64,000 bases of DNA from a virus (lineage: Duplodnaviria; Caudoviricetes), in IMG/VR virus record IMGVR_UViG_2974506496_000001, positions 1-64,000 of that record; one strand, 5' to 3'. Shown piece by piece: positions 18,257 through 28,808 of the stretch. Within the stretch, counting starts at the first letter, position 1. Each line of letters opens with the position of its first letter. The notes under the pieces were generated by a model, which saw only the letters and a list, made by a program, of their open reading frames with translations, did no database searches and was not told the origin of the DNA. Made by a program: the position numbers and the translations under genes.

Positions 18257-19231
18257 ATGGCTCAGCAGATCAGCGTGAACGACGTAGTTTATCCGTTCAA
18301 CCCCCTTAATACCGTGGCCGGTGCCAAAGGCATTGTGGAGTCCCATACACTTACGCCAGCCAACGGTGTGAACTATGTGACTTTCGTTCCACGCGCAGCC
18401 CCTTTCTTTCGCCGCACCTTAGTACTCAAGAACAAAGCCAACAACCAGGTGTTAGTCGAAGGCCAGCATTATACTCTGGCGTATTTCTTTGCCCCATTCA
18501 CCCAGCTGGTCTATAAAGGTGTCTACGGCGGTATTACAGTCAATGAACTGGATGCGCCAATTGAAGTCGAAGTGACCTATGATACCATCGGCGGGGATTT
18601 TGTTCTGGACAGCACTGGTTATGCACAGCTGGCTGCTAACCTGGTGAACAACCCGCGTGAACTGGACTGGACACAGATCGCTGATACCCCAGATACGTAC
18701 CCACCGATCGACCATACCCATCCGGCTGACCAAACCCTGAACTACATGGATTACGTTGAGCAACTGCAGGCCATGCAGGCACTGGTCGCCAGCGCCATCG
18801 GCGGGTATGTGACCTCCCTCAACACCCACATCGACACCCAAGGTAATGCCCATGGCATGAAGCCGATCGATATCGGACTGGGTAATGTGATGAACTGGGC
18901 ACCGGCTACGACCGAAGATATCCCAGGGGGCGGGACAACGCTGTATACTTCACTGGCGATTGTGAAACAAGCCTTCCAGTACATGTACGGCGGCTTAACC
19001 ACCCCGGCATTGAAGAGTGCGATTCTCAATGACTACCTGTCAGCAGAATCCGTGGTCCGTACCTTAACGGTATTGAATGAAGGCGCGTTACTGAACACCG
19101 ATGAAGTGGCGAACTTTGGTTTGTGGAAAACCTACCGGGCACAGATGTTGATCAAAGCATCAACCGGCAATACCACCGTGCTCACTCCGCCAGCGGTAAA
19201 CGGAGCGTTCTCACGACTGTTAGGAGTCTAA
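18257..19231 (+). CDS. Baseplate/tail-fibre-associated protein, family B
   Basis: N-terminal domain (P..APFF, Y.TIGG, P.TYPP..H.H) shared with 19233 and 20549. Confidence 0.6.
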   Translation: MAQQISVNDVVYPFNPLNTVAGAKGIVESHTLTPANGVNYVTFVPRAAPFFRRTLVLKNKANNQVLVEGQHYTLAYFFAPFTQLVYKGVYGGITVNELDAPIEVEVTYDTIGGDFVLDSTGYAQLAANLVNNPRELDWTQIADTPDTYPPIDHTHPADQTLNYMDYVEQLQAMQALVASAIGGYVTSLNTHIDTQGNAHGMKPIDIGLGNVMNWAPATTEDIPGGGTTLYTSLAIVKQAFQYMYGGLTTPALKSAILNDYLSAESVVRTLTVLNEGALLNTDEVANFGLWKTYRAQMLIKASTGNTTVLTPPAVNGAFSRLLGV

Positions 19232-19232
19232 C

Positions 19233-20495
19233 ATGAGCAGTACTTTATTTCCTGATGTACGTCGGTTGGAGTTTGACCGCTCAGGCATTAGCGCTGACAA
19301 TCACATCACGGACGATTACATTGATCTGCCTGTAGCGGGATCAAACCGGGCGATCGTGTTAAAGCATGGTGCGTTCTATACCGACTCATTGATATTGAAA
19401 GATGACAGCGGCAATATTCTGGAGAAATGGGTGGATTACCAACCTGTCTATCCTTATAACCGCCCTGAGCTCAATATCACTGAGATGACCGGCAAGGACA
19501 ACGCAGCGTTTATCATGATCCTCAATGCCAGTCTGACTGGGCGGGTGATCGCTGATTATCAGGCAGTGGGGATTCCAAGCGGGATCGCTAACCGGGACTT
19601 GATCGATATCCTGGATGCGATTGCCAAAGATGCGCGTAAGTATTACTGGGATGATATCTTTGATAAGCCCGATAAGTTCCCGCCATCTCCACACCCATTG
19701 GATATCAAAGACACCTACAACTGGGCGCCGATGACAGAAGCCATGGCACGGTTCGTGGATTGTTTGAAACACCTTGATCGTCTGCCAACCATCCAGGACT
19801 ACATCGATCAGATCGACACGGTGTATAAGGACACGTTACCAAAACTCAATGCAGTTTATAGCGCGTTCCTCACCCACCGTCGGAACTACAGTAATCCGCA
19901 TCTTGATGTGAAGACCACGGTAGTTAATCTGAACAATGTGGATGATTTTGATATGGCGTCCTTGGCAGAGGTCATTGCCGGCACATCCAGTGTTAAGTTC
20001 ATGTCACCGTACACCGGCTCGCAAGCGGCTTACAATACCCTGCTGAAGAATGACACCTCGTTAGTGCACGTTAACCGTGTGCCGATGGTGCAGTTCGGGG
20101 ACCTGAGCACCACTGCGATTCCGTATACGATCGCAGGTTTCGTACTGACCATCACGGCGGACGTGCCGGCGATGTTGGCGTCACGGGAGTTCACCCTGAA
20201 GAAAGGGGCGATCGACCTGACCAAGTTTGTCAGTACACCGGCGAACAAGACCCTCTTCCTCTATGTGCGTATCCGTAATGGACAAGCGAGCTATGAGGTC
20301 GCGAGTGCAGCATCACCTGAGACCACCACGTATATCAACGTAGGACGCATTGTAACCGGTGCATCTGCTATCACGTCTGTTACGATCAATAAGATCTCCG
20401 GACTCGGTACCGTGCGCGTCAGTGAGGCCCAGATTGGTTCTGCGATTGCAGTGACATCTGGACTGCCATCCCAATCGGCGAATTTGAACTGGTAA
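19233..20495 (+). CDS. Tail-fibre-associated protein, family B (short form)
   Basis: Family-B N-terminus, HxxxxxNPH motif and shared C-terminal module. Confidence 0.6.
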   Translation: MSSTLFPDVRRLEFDRSGISADNHITDDYIDLPVAGSNRAIVLKHGAFYTDSLILKDDSGNILEKWVDYQPVYPYNRPELNITEMTGKDNAAFIMILNASLTGRVIADYQAVGIPSGIANRDLIDILDAIAKDARKYYWDDIFDKPDKFPPSPHPLDIKDTYNWAPMTEAMARFVDCLKHLDRLPTIQDYIDQIDTVYKDTLPKLNAVYSAFLTHRRNYSNPHLDVKTTVVNLNNVDDFDMASLAEVIAGTSSVKFMSPYTGSQAAYNTLLKNDTSLVHVNRVPMVQFGDLSTTAIPYTIAGFVLTITADVPAMLASREFTLKKGAIDLTKFVSTPANKTLFLYVRIRNGQASYEVASAASPETTTYINVGRIVTGASAITSVTINKISGLGTVRVSEAQIGSAIAVTSGLPSQSANLNW

Positions 20496-20520
20496 GGGTG
20501 AGTGGGTGACCCCCTCACCC
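20496..20520 (+). terminator. Intergenic GC-rich hairpin
   Basis: GGGTGAG..CTCACCC directly after the stop codon. Confidence 0.4.
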
Positions 20521-20548
20521 ACTTCCCTATGACCCAGGAGAGGTTTCG

Positions 20549-23500
20549 ATGAACACCCCGATTTTAACGAAGTATAAATTTGACCCCACGGGGAAAGATC
20601 CCGAGAACCTGATTGGTGGCGAACGCCACACTGTTGCGGCGGGCCCAAAGAACAAAATCATCGCCGTGTTTGAAGGTCCCTTTTTCTCAGCCAGTGCCAA
20701 AGTGCGCTTGCTTGACGGCAGCTACCTGGAACCCTGGGTAGACTTCCAACCCGTGCACCATTTCCCTGAAGCCTCCAAACGCACCGGGAAGTCCTGTACG
20801 TGCTTTATCAAGATCCTCAATGAATCGGTCAATGGGGATGTCTTTATTGAGTACCAGGTGGTGGGGGGTGAGTTCACCTTCAACAGTATCACGCTTGAGA
20901 ACCTGTTATGGGCGATCATTAATGATGAGCGTTCGGTCCTGTGGGATAACATCAACAACCGTCCCGCTACGTACCCGCCATCGTATCACACCCATGATAT
21001 CTTCAATGACACGTATGGCTGGGATGATCGTATCGCTTTCAGTAACTGGATCTCGGATTACCTGATCCTCGGTGGCGAGCGCTTGAACTACGAAGGCTTT
21101 ACCAACAAGGTCAATGTGGTACTGGATGAGATCACCACCATTCAGGCGAACATCTTAGCCCAAGTTGCTGAGCATGAAGCCGATCACACCAATCCGCATG
21201 CCGATACGGCAAAGACCTTGGGTTACAACAAACTGCAGAACCTGGCCACCGCGAACGAAGTGCAGGCGCTGGAAGGGCAACGTACCGATCTGCGTCTTAC
21301 CGTGAAGACGGCTGAAAGCATTCTGGCGGATGCAGTAAAAGGCTATTCGGTCAACCTGATTCACCAGGGGATTATTCCGGTCAGTCGCTTTGGTAACCTG
21401 AACTTCTTACAACCAGGGATCATCGGGTCGTTTGAAGGGGCGTCGATGGTTGAAGCAGAAGATCACTACGCCCAGAACGTTGAGAATGACGGCACATACA
21501 TTCGTTTACGTCCAGGGACCAACGGTGAATCTATTGCGTTGTATTACGACTATGTCACCAACATCCACAACAACATTAATACATTCACCGTCACCAACAC
21601 CAATAACAAATACACACCTGCCAGTTTGGATCAGGCGTATATTCCGGCGCGCTTATTTGACTGTCAAGGTGATGTAATTGCCGGGATCATGTACAACAAG
21701 GCCGCATTGCCGAGCACTGCTGATTATAAGTACTGGGTGGCGCTGACCAACGGCACACTGGACAGCACCAAACATAACTGCGCGGTTATCAACAATGCCT
21801 ATTTTACCATGGATGACGGCACAACCCAAGACTTTCGTACCGCCTGGACCCAGTTTTGTTTGATAGGTTCTCGGATTTACATCATCCATCAGAATCCAAA
21901 CATCGCTACTACGATGGAGGCCGGTGGTTCAATCTCTGTCAACGCAATTCCCCAATTCTATCTCGGGTATATTAACGTTGCCGATGTAGTGGCCGGCGGT
22001 CCGGTGAATGTGACTCAACTTACGGGTTGGGCAACAACGCTGTTAGGTCAGACCCGTACAGCAGCTCGCAGTATGCAAATCTGTGATCAGGTGATTGGTC
22101 GCTCTAATCAGCACGTTCTGGTGCGTTATGACGGAAATCAATACGTCAAAGCACAATACCGCTCATGGCCAGGTGGTTATGGTAAATTGGTTGCCAACAC
22201 CGACGGTACGTTAACCATGTTGGTTGACTTCACCCTCAACGTTGATGGTCGCAACAATTCCAACATCTCAATGTTCCCAATCCGTTTCATTGTGGACTTA
22301 AATGCCAAGACTGTGCGGTCACCCGAAACGATGAACCCGTTTGTGATTATCGACGCCCCTAACAGTAACCTGACCATGACGGTGAATACCAACGGGTCTA
22401 ACCTGAACATGTTCAAACTACGCGGGGTAAATGATGGCGGGACGGCACTGACCGGTGATTACCACGGCAGTCGGATGATCACGAAGAAAGGGTATTCAAT
22501 CTGCACCCATCGCCAACAATCCACCAACCTCGGTTTGCGGGTTGATGTCCAACAGATCCCGAACTTTACGAACATCGATGCCTACTGGCGCAATCCAGCC
22601 GGGTACAGTAATGTACTGTATCGTTCAGTAGGAGATGACACCTCCTACGGTTCTGAGGCCAAAGGTAACTTACGCTGCCCAATCCTCTTCCCGAACAACC
22701 GTTTAGGTTTCTACACTCTGGACTCTAGCGGTACGCATTTTGTGTCACAGCCGCTCATTGGCAATGGTGATTTCGTTTATAAACTGATCGGACTTGGAAC
22801 AGTGCAGGGTTTCCAGCCCTCGAACGACCGTGTGAAGGCTGTGATTAAGTACCCTACCCGTGAGATCATCACTGAGATCAACGGCGGGTCTGTGGTCACA
22901 CATTGCCGTTCAATCTCTGACGATGCACCCGCGGGACCAGCTAACATTGATTACTTGCTCAATGAATCGGGTAGTATCAGTACCGATGTGAACTATCTGC
23001 GGTCGCAGGGTCAGCGTGTGTTAACTCAACTCGGTATTACGGCAGCTAAGTTCAGATGTATTTTGTTTGTACCGACCGATGGCGGGATGTCATTGATGTT
23101 GAAGGTTGTGGGGTATACTCCCCCGCAAGCTAACGGCATTACTAACACCATCACTGCAATCGCAACTGTGACGTATGGCGGTGCACGTGATGGTGTGTTA
23201 GTTGGCTGGACTGCCAATGTGGATGATATCATTAGCAAACCGGAAGTGGTCGGTACGTCAGATATCTCCCGCATCCAAACGACTTTTGGTTTATTGACAT
23301 ATAAGGTAGGGAATGAATACATCGTTGCGATGGGTGGGTTCTATTGCCCTTACACAGTAGGTCCGGCTAACAATTTACCATTAGTGTACTTAAAAATGAC
23401 TAATGGTCGGATTGCCGGCAATCCATCTAACCAGTACTTTGTTTCGCCGTACGTCGACTTGCTGTCTAACACACCGTTTGCACTGCCGGGCAAGGGTTTG

Positions 23501-24040
23501 TTTGTAACTTACTCAGACGGGAACTACACCACTCCTGTAACGCCTGATGCGGCGGCTGCGGTAGGTCCGTGCGCGATTGTGGTTGCGGGTCAGGGCGAGG
23601 ATTTCGAGAAAGTACGGCAATGGACTATTCCAGGCAACTCTACGATGGTGCTGTTGTCACAAACAGTAGAACAAGGCTGGATCTTGTACTTTGCTGAAGA
23701 GATCCCGGTGATTCTGAATGGGCGGGAGTACGCCTTACCGATCACCAGTATCGACCTGCGTAATGTGAAAGCTAACCCGGCGAGCACCACCTTCTTTGTC
23801 TACATTGAAGCTGTGGATGCAACTACTGCGAAGTACACCATCTCAGCCACGGAGTTGGCGGCTGCGACCACACGGATGTTCATTGGCACGGTAGCAACCA
23901 ATACGTCACAGATCAACACGATCAACGTGACCAAGCGATCGGGTCTGAATAAGTACCAGATCTCTGCGGTGAAAGCCGGATCGTCTATTCCGGTGTCAAC
24001 CGGCTTGCCGTTCCAACGCGGTAACTGGAGTCAGGAATAA
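20549..24040 (+). CDS. Large tail fibre/baseplate protein, family B
   Basis: 1163 aa, beta-rich; DPTG..PENLI N-terminus; paralog of 24089. Confidence 0.65.
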   Translation: MNTPILTKYKFDPTGKDPENLIGGERHTVAAGPKNKIIAVFEGPFFSASAKVRLLDGSYLEPWVDFQPVHHFPEASKRTGKSCTCFIKILNESVNGDVFIEYQVVGGEFTFNSITLENLLWAIINDERSVLWDNINNRPATYPPSYHTHDIFNDTYGWDDRIAFSNWISDYLILGGERLNYEGFTNKVNVVLDEITTIQANILAQVAEHEADHTNPHADTAKTLGYNKLQNLATANEVQALEGQRTDLRLTVKTAESILADAVKGYSVNLIHQGIIPVSRFGNLNFLQPGIIGSFEGASMVEAEDHYAQNVENDGTYIRLRPGTNGESIALYYDYVTNIHNNINTFTVTNTNNKYTPASLDQAYIPARLFDCQGDVIAGIMYNKAALPSTADYKYWVALTNGTLDSTKHNCAVINNAYFTMDDGTTQDFRTAWTQFCLIGSRIYIIHQNPNIATTMEAGGSISVNAIPQFYLGYINVADVVAGGPVNVTQLTGWATTLLGQTRTAARSMQICDQVIGRSNQHVLVRYDGNQYVKAQYRSWPGGYGKLVANTDGTLTMLVDFTLNVDGRNNSNISMFPIRFIVDLNAKTVRSPETMNPFVIIDAPNSNLTMTVNTNGSNLNMFKLRGVNDGGTALTGDYHGSRMITKKGYSICTHRQQSTNLGLRVDVQQIPNFTNIDAYWRNPAGYSNVLYRSVGDDTSYGSEAKGNLRCPILFPNNRLGFYTLDSSGTHFVSQPLIGNGDFVYKLIGLGTVQGFQPSNDRVKAVIKYPTREIITEINGGSVVTHCRSISDDAPAGPANIDYLLNESGSISTDVNYLRSQGQRVLTQLGITAAKFRCILFVPTDGGMSLMLKVVGYTPPQANGITNTITAIATVTYGGARDGVLVGWTANVDDIISKPEVVGTSDISRIQTTFGLLTYKVGNEYIVAMGGFYCPYTVGPANNLPLVYLKMTNGRIAGNPSNQYFVSPYVDLLSNTPFALPGKGLFVTYSDGNYTTPVTPDAAAAVGPCAIVVAGQGEDFEKVRQWTIPGNSTMVLLSQTVEQGWILYFAEEIPVILNGREYALPITSIDLRNVKANPASTTFFVYIEAVDATTAKYTISATELAAATTRMFIGTVATNTSQINTINVTKRSGLNKYQISAVKAGSSIPVSTGLPFQRGNWSQE

Positions 24041-24047
24041 CCAGCAC

Positions 24048-24072
24048 GGGGGAGGTGACTCCCCCTTTCTTT
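24048..24072 (+). terminator. Intrinsic terminator-like hairpin
   Basis: GGGGGAG-GTGA-CTCCCCC followed by TTTCTTT. Confidence 0.55.
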
Positions 24073-24088
24073 ATTGAAAGGAGTTGCC

Positions 24089-27000
24089 ATGAGCAGCAAC
24101 CTTGTGGTCGAGCCAGGCAGTTGGGGTGAGTTCTATGCCTCGATTGAAGCTTTGACCTGGAAGTTACAAAACTCACGTTATTCTCAGTATGATCTGGCTT
24201 CCACGGTGATGGTCAACTTTGAAAACGATGTTGATGATCTGGTAACCAGTGCACAGACCCTTTTAGCCAGTCATCAGGCACGTCGGGATAATGTCCATCA
24301 GGTGAACGCCGAGCAGTTGGGGTTTGGCTTAGTCGATAACTTTAAAACTGCAACCGTAGCACAAGCCGGCGAAGGCGGATACCCCAATCTCTTTGTTACC
24401 CCACAGGGGTTTAATGCCCTGGCGAGTAAAGTGTTTGCAGATTTCGGTTCATCACTTCATCATCAAGGGATCAACCCAATCTCGTCGTTTGGTTCGCTGT
24501 CTTTCCTCCCCCCTGACGTCTCCGGTTCTTTTGAAGGTTCAGGTCAGGTATCGGGAAACTCAGCCAGTCCAATGATCATTGAAGACGATGGAACATTAGT
24601 GGGGTTGCGCTACGGTACCACAGGCACCACCGAAGGATTGTACTACTTCTACTTACCAACCGCTGAAGACCGTATTGATAACGCGTCTGTTATTCGCACC
24701 AACTTTAAGTATGCACCTGCAAACTTACCGGCGGGGGCTTATTGCACCGATGTTTACAATACCGAGTCGGATGTGCTGCTGGGGAATATCAAAGGGTCAT
24801 CGAGCTACAATTGGTTTATCTCCATTACCAACGGGACGTTTGACGCCACCAAACACAACACCGCTTACTTCACTATCAACGGTGATTCGGACCTTGCTTA
24901 CCTGGGTAAGTATTCCACGGCGCTGGTTGTCAATGGCTATGTTTATATTTTCGGCATGTTGGATGACGGCTTTACCACCAACCGACCTATTGGTGGTGAG
25001 TTGAAAAACACCCAACCCATTGACATGGTGGTGTGGCGCGTTGCAGTAAGCAGTATCATTAATAACAATGCGGTGACTCTTGAAAAGATCAGTACTTGGT
25101 CTACCAAAGATATCTGGGGTGACACAACCAGCAATCCCCGTATTCAGCTCAGTAAAATCGCGATCAGTGAGAATGCAGCTGACAAACCGTATGTGCAGGT
25201 GAATGGCACGCTGGTGCGCTCAGTAATCGTTCGTAATGCCCAGCGTCGTCTGTTTGCCGTGGTTGACCCAAGCAACCCTAACCGTATTCGGTTGGCTGTT
25301 AATCACACCTTTTATGCGCAGCTCTCAACCGGCAGCAGTTATAACGGCAGTTGTGCGTTGAGCCTGTTGCTGGATCTGACTGCAAAGACCGCAGTGGTGG
25401 AAGATAACGCCAACCGTATCCTGGTCGGTGTAAGTGGCCAGACGGTTACTGTGTCCGGCAATACCCTACTGACTGATAATCTGTTAACAGGCTCGGCACT
25501 AGGGGGTAACTGGCATCCAAACGTCACGTTGACCTCACGCGGGTATCTGTTCTGTCGCACCTCAGGTAACCAGCCAGATGAGAACCCACGGTTCAGTAAA
25601 GGACTGATCACCAACTTTACTACCCGGTTTGAAGCGATGCGGATTCGGTCACGTCAAGTGCGCCAGATAACCCTGGTTACCGACCCACTGGTTACCGGTA
25701 CGGCACTGACCAACAACTTCATGAAGCCACAGTACTTGGCCGGTAATGCGTTGTTGCTCACCAGTAACCCGTACAAGACGCCCGGGTATTACGCTTACGG
25801 TACGACTAAACGGGTATTGCTTACCGGGTCACCTACCTTTAACTACACGCTGAACTCCGGTGTGACGTTACAGGGCTGGGCGCCTAACAGCAACCGTTAT
25901 GAGATCACCGATGCCAACAACCCACCCCGCAATCGCTTTTACCACATCATCACCCAGGTTGACAGTGCCGGTAATGTGACCTCCAGTCCGTCAGTGTTGT
26001 CAGATGGTAGTTCTGCACAAGTGGGCACTTCCATTGACGCTAACCTGAACATCACCGGCTCGATCACTTTTAACCAGGCTGAACTGAACACCGTGGCGAA
26101 AGCGGCGTGTCAGACTGCCTTGGGGGCTGCGCCGTCGTTGTGGCGTGGTTTGATCTATGTCCCGCAGGATACCGCGGTGCCGTTGATCATGGTGTGTACC
26201 GGTGAAGTACTGCGCAGTGACGGTAACGGTTATCGGGTGAATCACTCGTTGGTTGAGTTAACGTACACCGGTGCGCGTTCAGGGAACATTACTGGCTATA
26301 CCGTGAAGCGGGTACTCAACTCACAGCTCAATGACCAGCAACCAACCGGCGTGCCGTTAGAGCTGGCGTGTAACGGTGGGTTGAACATCTACAAAACAGC
26401 GGCCGGCGATTATCTGCTGGGGATTGGCGAACCTACCTTCCATCAGACCTACGGTGGGATCTACGGTTATGTCTGGTATGCGGCGATCAAAGCAGGCACA
26501 GGCACCATTGAAGACAGTTCGTTAAAAACCTTTAACCATGGCTATTATCCGACGTCCGTTAACCCAACCCCGGTTGTGGTGCCGGGTTATGGTTTGTGTG
26601 TAATGGATTATCAGACGCAGCAGGCTAACGCCAACGCCTTGATGATCGTGGATGTGATGGCGGCAACCTACGCCGAGTTTGTTGCCTGGACGTCCAAGCG
26701 TAAGCTGGTCTTAACCGCACAACAGGTAGAGCAAGGGTATCTCGTTTACTTCACGGCACCCACTCAGGTGTTCATGGCTGGTAACGAATACACCCTGCCT
26801 GCGGGTAACATTGACCTGCGTACCATCACTGCCAATCCTGCCAGTAAGACGTTCTATGTTTACGTGCAGTTAGTCGACGAGCAGGTACAATACCTGATCA
26901 CCCTCGATCAGCTTGCTCCAACCATAACGTTGATGTACATTGGCAAGATTACCACCAACACCACGCAAATCAGTAGCATTGCTGTTGATAAACGTATCCG

Positions 27001-27544
27001 CATCGAAACCTTCGAACTGTCAGCTACCCATATCGGGTCGGGTATTCCGATCACGACAGGTGTGCCGTCAACCGCGGGTAACTTTGCATGGCGTAATGGT
27101 TACTTGAAACTGATGAGCTTTGCAATGCAGCTGGACTATAGTGGTATTGTGACAGTGAATCTGAGAACGGGTGCGGTAACCATTGAAATGAGTGTCTCTG
27201 GTACACCACCAGATTCTGTGAGCAGAACAAGAACACAGACTGTCTGGTCTACTGGTGAGACCTGGGTGCCTGGTCTGGTGACGGTGGGGACCGAAGCATC
27301 AGGGGCAAGCGATGCATTCAATACGTACGCGAGTACATCGAAAACCTTCCCAGCTCTGGCGAGGTCAGATATCGCAAACAGTACTGGGCTTGCAGTTATG
27401 ATGGGTAACGAAAGTAACCCAACTAACAAAGGCGTCTTTACTCAGCAGCCAAGTGCAGCCAATGACTATACCCTTAAGTGGAAAGTCACTGATACACCGG
27501 GTGGCGCTGGCGAATACACCTTTGATCTGTATGTGAAATACTAA
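24089..27544 (+). CDS. Large tail fibre protein, family B, with extra C-terminal domain
   Basis: Collinear with 20549 (HQGI.P.S.FG.L.FL.P...GSFEG); AAAGGAG RBS. Confidence 0.65.
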   Translation: MSSNLVVEPGSWGEFYASIEALTWKLQNSRYSQYDLASTVMVNFENDVDDLVTSAQTLLASHQARRDNVHQVNAEQLGFGLVDNFKTATVAQAGEGGYPNLFVTPQGFNALASKVFADFGSSLHHQGINPISSFGSLSFLPPDVSGSFEGSGQVSGNSASPMIIEDDGTLVGLRYGTTGTTEGLYYFYLPTAEDRIDNASVIRTNFKYAPANLPAGAYCTDVYNTESDVLLGNIKGSSSYNWFISITNGTFDATKHNTAYFTINGDSDLAYLGKYSTALVVNGYVYIFGMLDDGFTTNRPIGGELKNTQPIDMVVWRVAVSSIINNNAVTLEKISTWSTKDIWGDTTSNPRIQLSKIAISENAADKPYVQVNGTLVRSVIVRNAQRRLFAVVDPSNPNRIRLAVNHTFYAQLSTGSSYNGSCALSLLLDLTAKTAVVEDNANRILVGVSGQTVTVSGNTLLTDNLLTGSALGGNWHPNVTLTSRGYLFCRTSGNQPDENPRFSKGLITNFTTRFEAMRIRSRQVRQITLVTDPLVTGTALTNNFMKPQYLAGNALLLTSNPYKTPGYYAYGTTKRVLLTGSPTFNYTLNSGVTLQGWAPNSNRYEITDANNPPRNRFYHIITQVDSAGNVTSSPSVLSDGSSAQVGTSIDANLNITGSITFNQAELNTVAKAACQTALGAAPSLWRGLIYVPQDTAVPLIMVCTGEVLRSDGNGYRVNHSLVELTYTGARSGNITGYTVKRVLNSQLNDQQPTGVPLELACNGGLNIYKTAAGDYLLGIGEPTFHQTYGGIYGYVWYAAIKAGTGTIEDSSLKTFNHGYYPTSVNPTPVVVPGYGLCVMDYQTQQANANALMIVDVMAATYAEFVAWTSKRKLVLTAQQVEQGYLVYFTAPTQVFMAGNEYTLPAGNIDLRTITANPASKTFYVYVQLVDEQVQYLITLDQLAPTITLMYIGKITTNTTQISSIAVDKRIRIETFELSATHIGSGIPITTGVPSTAGNFAWRNGYLKLMSFAMQLDYSGIVTVNLRTGAVTIEMSVSGTPPDSVSRTRTQTVWSTGETWVPGLVTVGTEASGASDAFNTYASTSKTFPALARSDIANSTGLAVMMGNESNPTNKGVFTQQPSAANDYTLKWKVTDTPGGAGEYTFDLYVKY

Positions 27545-27595
27545 ATCGGCATAGAGGGAGAGGTGTTAGCCTCTCCCTCGTGCTTTATGCCGATT
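27544..27595. terminator. Bidirectional hairpin-TATGCCG element between convergent genes
   Basis: AATCGGCATA-GAGGGAGAGG-TGTTAG-CCTCTCCCTC-GTGCTT-TATGCCGATT. Confidence 0.8.
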
Positions 27596-28532
27596 AAACA
27601 GGACCACCAGTTTCTGAACCGCCTTTCTGTACCCCACCGTGCAGGTGACCGGTTAGTGAGATACCGGCTGCGACAACATCCGCTGGGGTGTTTAAACCAC
27701 CAGAGGTCTCAATGTGACCATTATGGTCGATGTCACCAATCATACTGATCCCACCTGGAGAGTTAATCGTGGTTTTATTAGTAATAAGCTCGAAGGATTC
27801 ATTAGCCGTGATCTTCATGGTTTTGCACAACATGGAAATCAGTTCTTGGGCAGTGAGATTGAAGTTCTCTTGCGCAATGATTTCAATGTTCTTTTTGCTC
27901 ATGGTGATCAGGCACTTGTCGGTATTGGTGATCTGCCATAACGCCTCAAGCGAGTTCAGGACCAAGTTGTTGTCCAGGTCATCCGCCAATGAGAAGATCG
28001 CTTCACCGTAATCCGCCTTGATGACATACTGGACTTGTTCGCCATTCATCTTCGAGTTGGACATCATGAAGTGTTTTTTATGAGAGGACCATTCAATGAA
28101 GTACCAGTCTCCTTCACCGATGTTCTTATCTTCAGTGGTGGCCGGCGACCCACTCAAGGCAATGATGATGGTCTCTAAACGTCGCAGGTCATCATCCAGA
28201 CCCGTTTCCGTCCAGTAGTACTTGTCCTCGTCACCAATCTGCCAGATCACGACACGTTCACCTTTGACTACATCGGGGGCGGTGACGCGGTTAGAACGGA
28301 ATGGGAACCAGATTGCTGCGATGGTGGAGTCCGTTACCACTTTGTCTTGGGTACTGTCACCCGACGAGGTCTTGCCATTATGGGTGATGACCTGTGGGTT
28401 CACTTCAGCTTCACCCGACATCATCGGTGCAGTTTCACGGGGAATAACTTGAATCTCTTTGCTGTTGGTGCTCTTGACTGCAGCCACCACACCCATAGAG
28501 TAAAATTTAAGAACCGATACGTTACTGGCCAT
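27594..28532 (-). CDS. Baseplate central spike (gpV/gp5-like)
   Basis: OB-fold-like N-terminus, beta-helix-like repeats, C-terminal GISLTGHLHGGV iron-binding HxH apex. Confidence 0.75.
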   Translation of the reverse strand: MASNVSVLKFYSMGVVAAVKSTNSKEIQVIPRETAPMMSGEAEVNPQVITHNGKTSSGDSTQDKVVTDSTIAAIWFPFRSNRVTAPDVVKGERVVIWQIGDEDKYYWTETGLDDDLRRLETIIIALSGSPATTEDKNIGEGDWYFIEWSSHKKHFMMSNSKMNGEQVQYVIKADYGEAIFSLADDLDNNLVLNSLEALWQITNTDKCLITMSKKNIEIIAQENFNLTAQELISMLCKTMKITANESFELITNKTTINSPGGISMIGDIDHNGHIETSGGLNTPADVVAAGISLTGHLHGGVQKGGSETGGPV

Positions 28533-28605
28533 AGCTAACCCTAATGTTATTTTTTACGTAACCCGACCATTCTATAAACCAGATCGAATTAATAGGAATC
28601 GATAA

Positions 28606-28797
28606 ATGAACCAAGTCTTCTTTATTGAGGCAGCGCCTCAGCGTTTACCGCAGTGGCTCAACCAAGCGATTCTTGACGGCCGTGTTCTTGTGCGCGGTGA
28701 CTCCGTAGTAGACTACCCGTTTTATGTGGTCGACGGACAGGTCGCAACAGTCGGCCAGAGCCTGGTCTTTGACGGACAAACCATCACCATCAACTAG
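28606..28797 (+). CDS. Small hypothetical protein
   Basis: AGGA RBS; directly upstream of sbcC. Confidence 0.55.
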   Translation: MNQVFFIEAAPQRLPQWLNQAILDGRVLVRGDSVVDYPFYVVDGQVATVGQSLVFDGQTITIN

Positions 28798-28808
28798 CGG
28801 CGCATATC

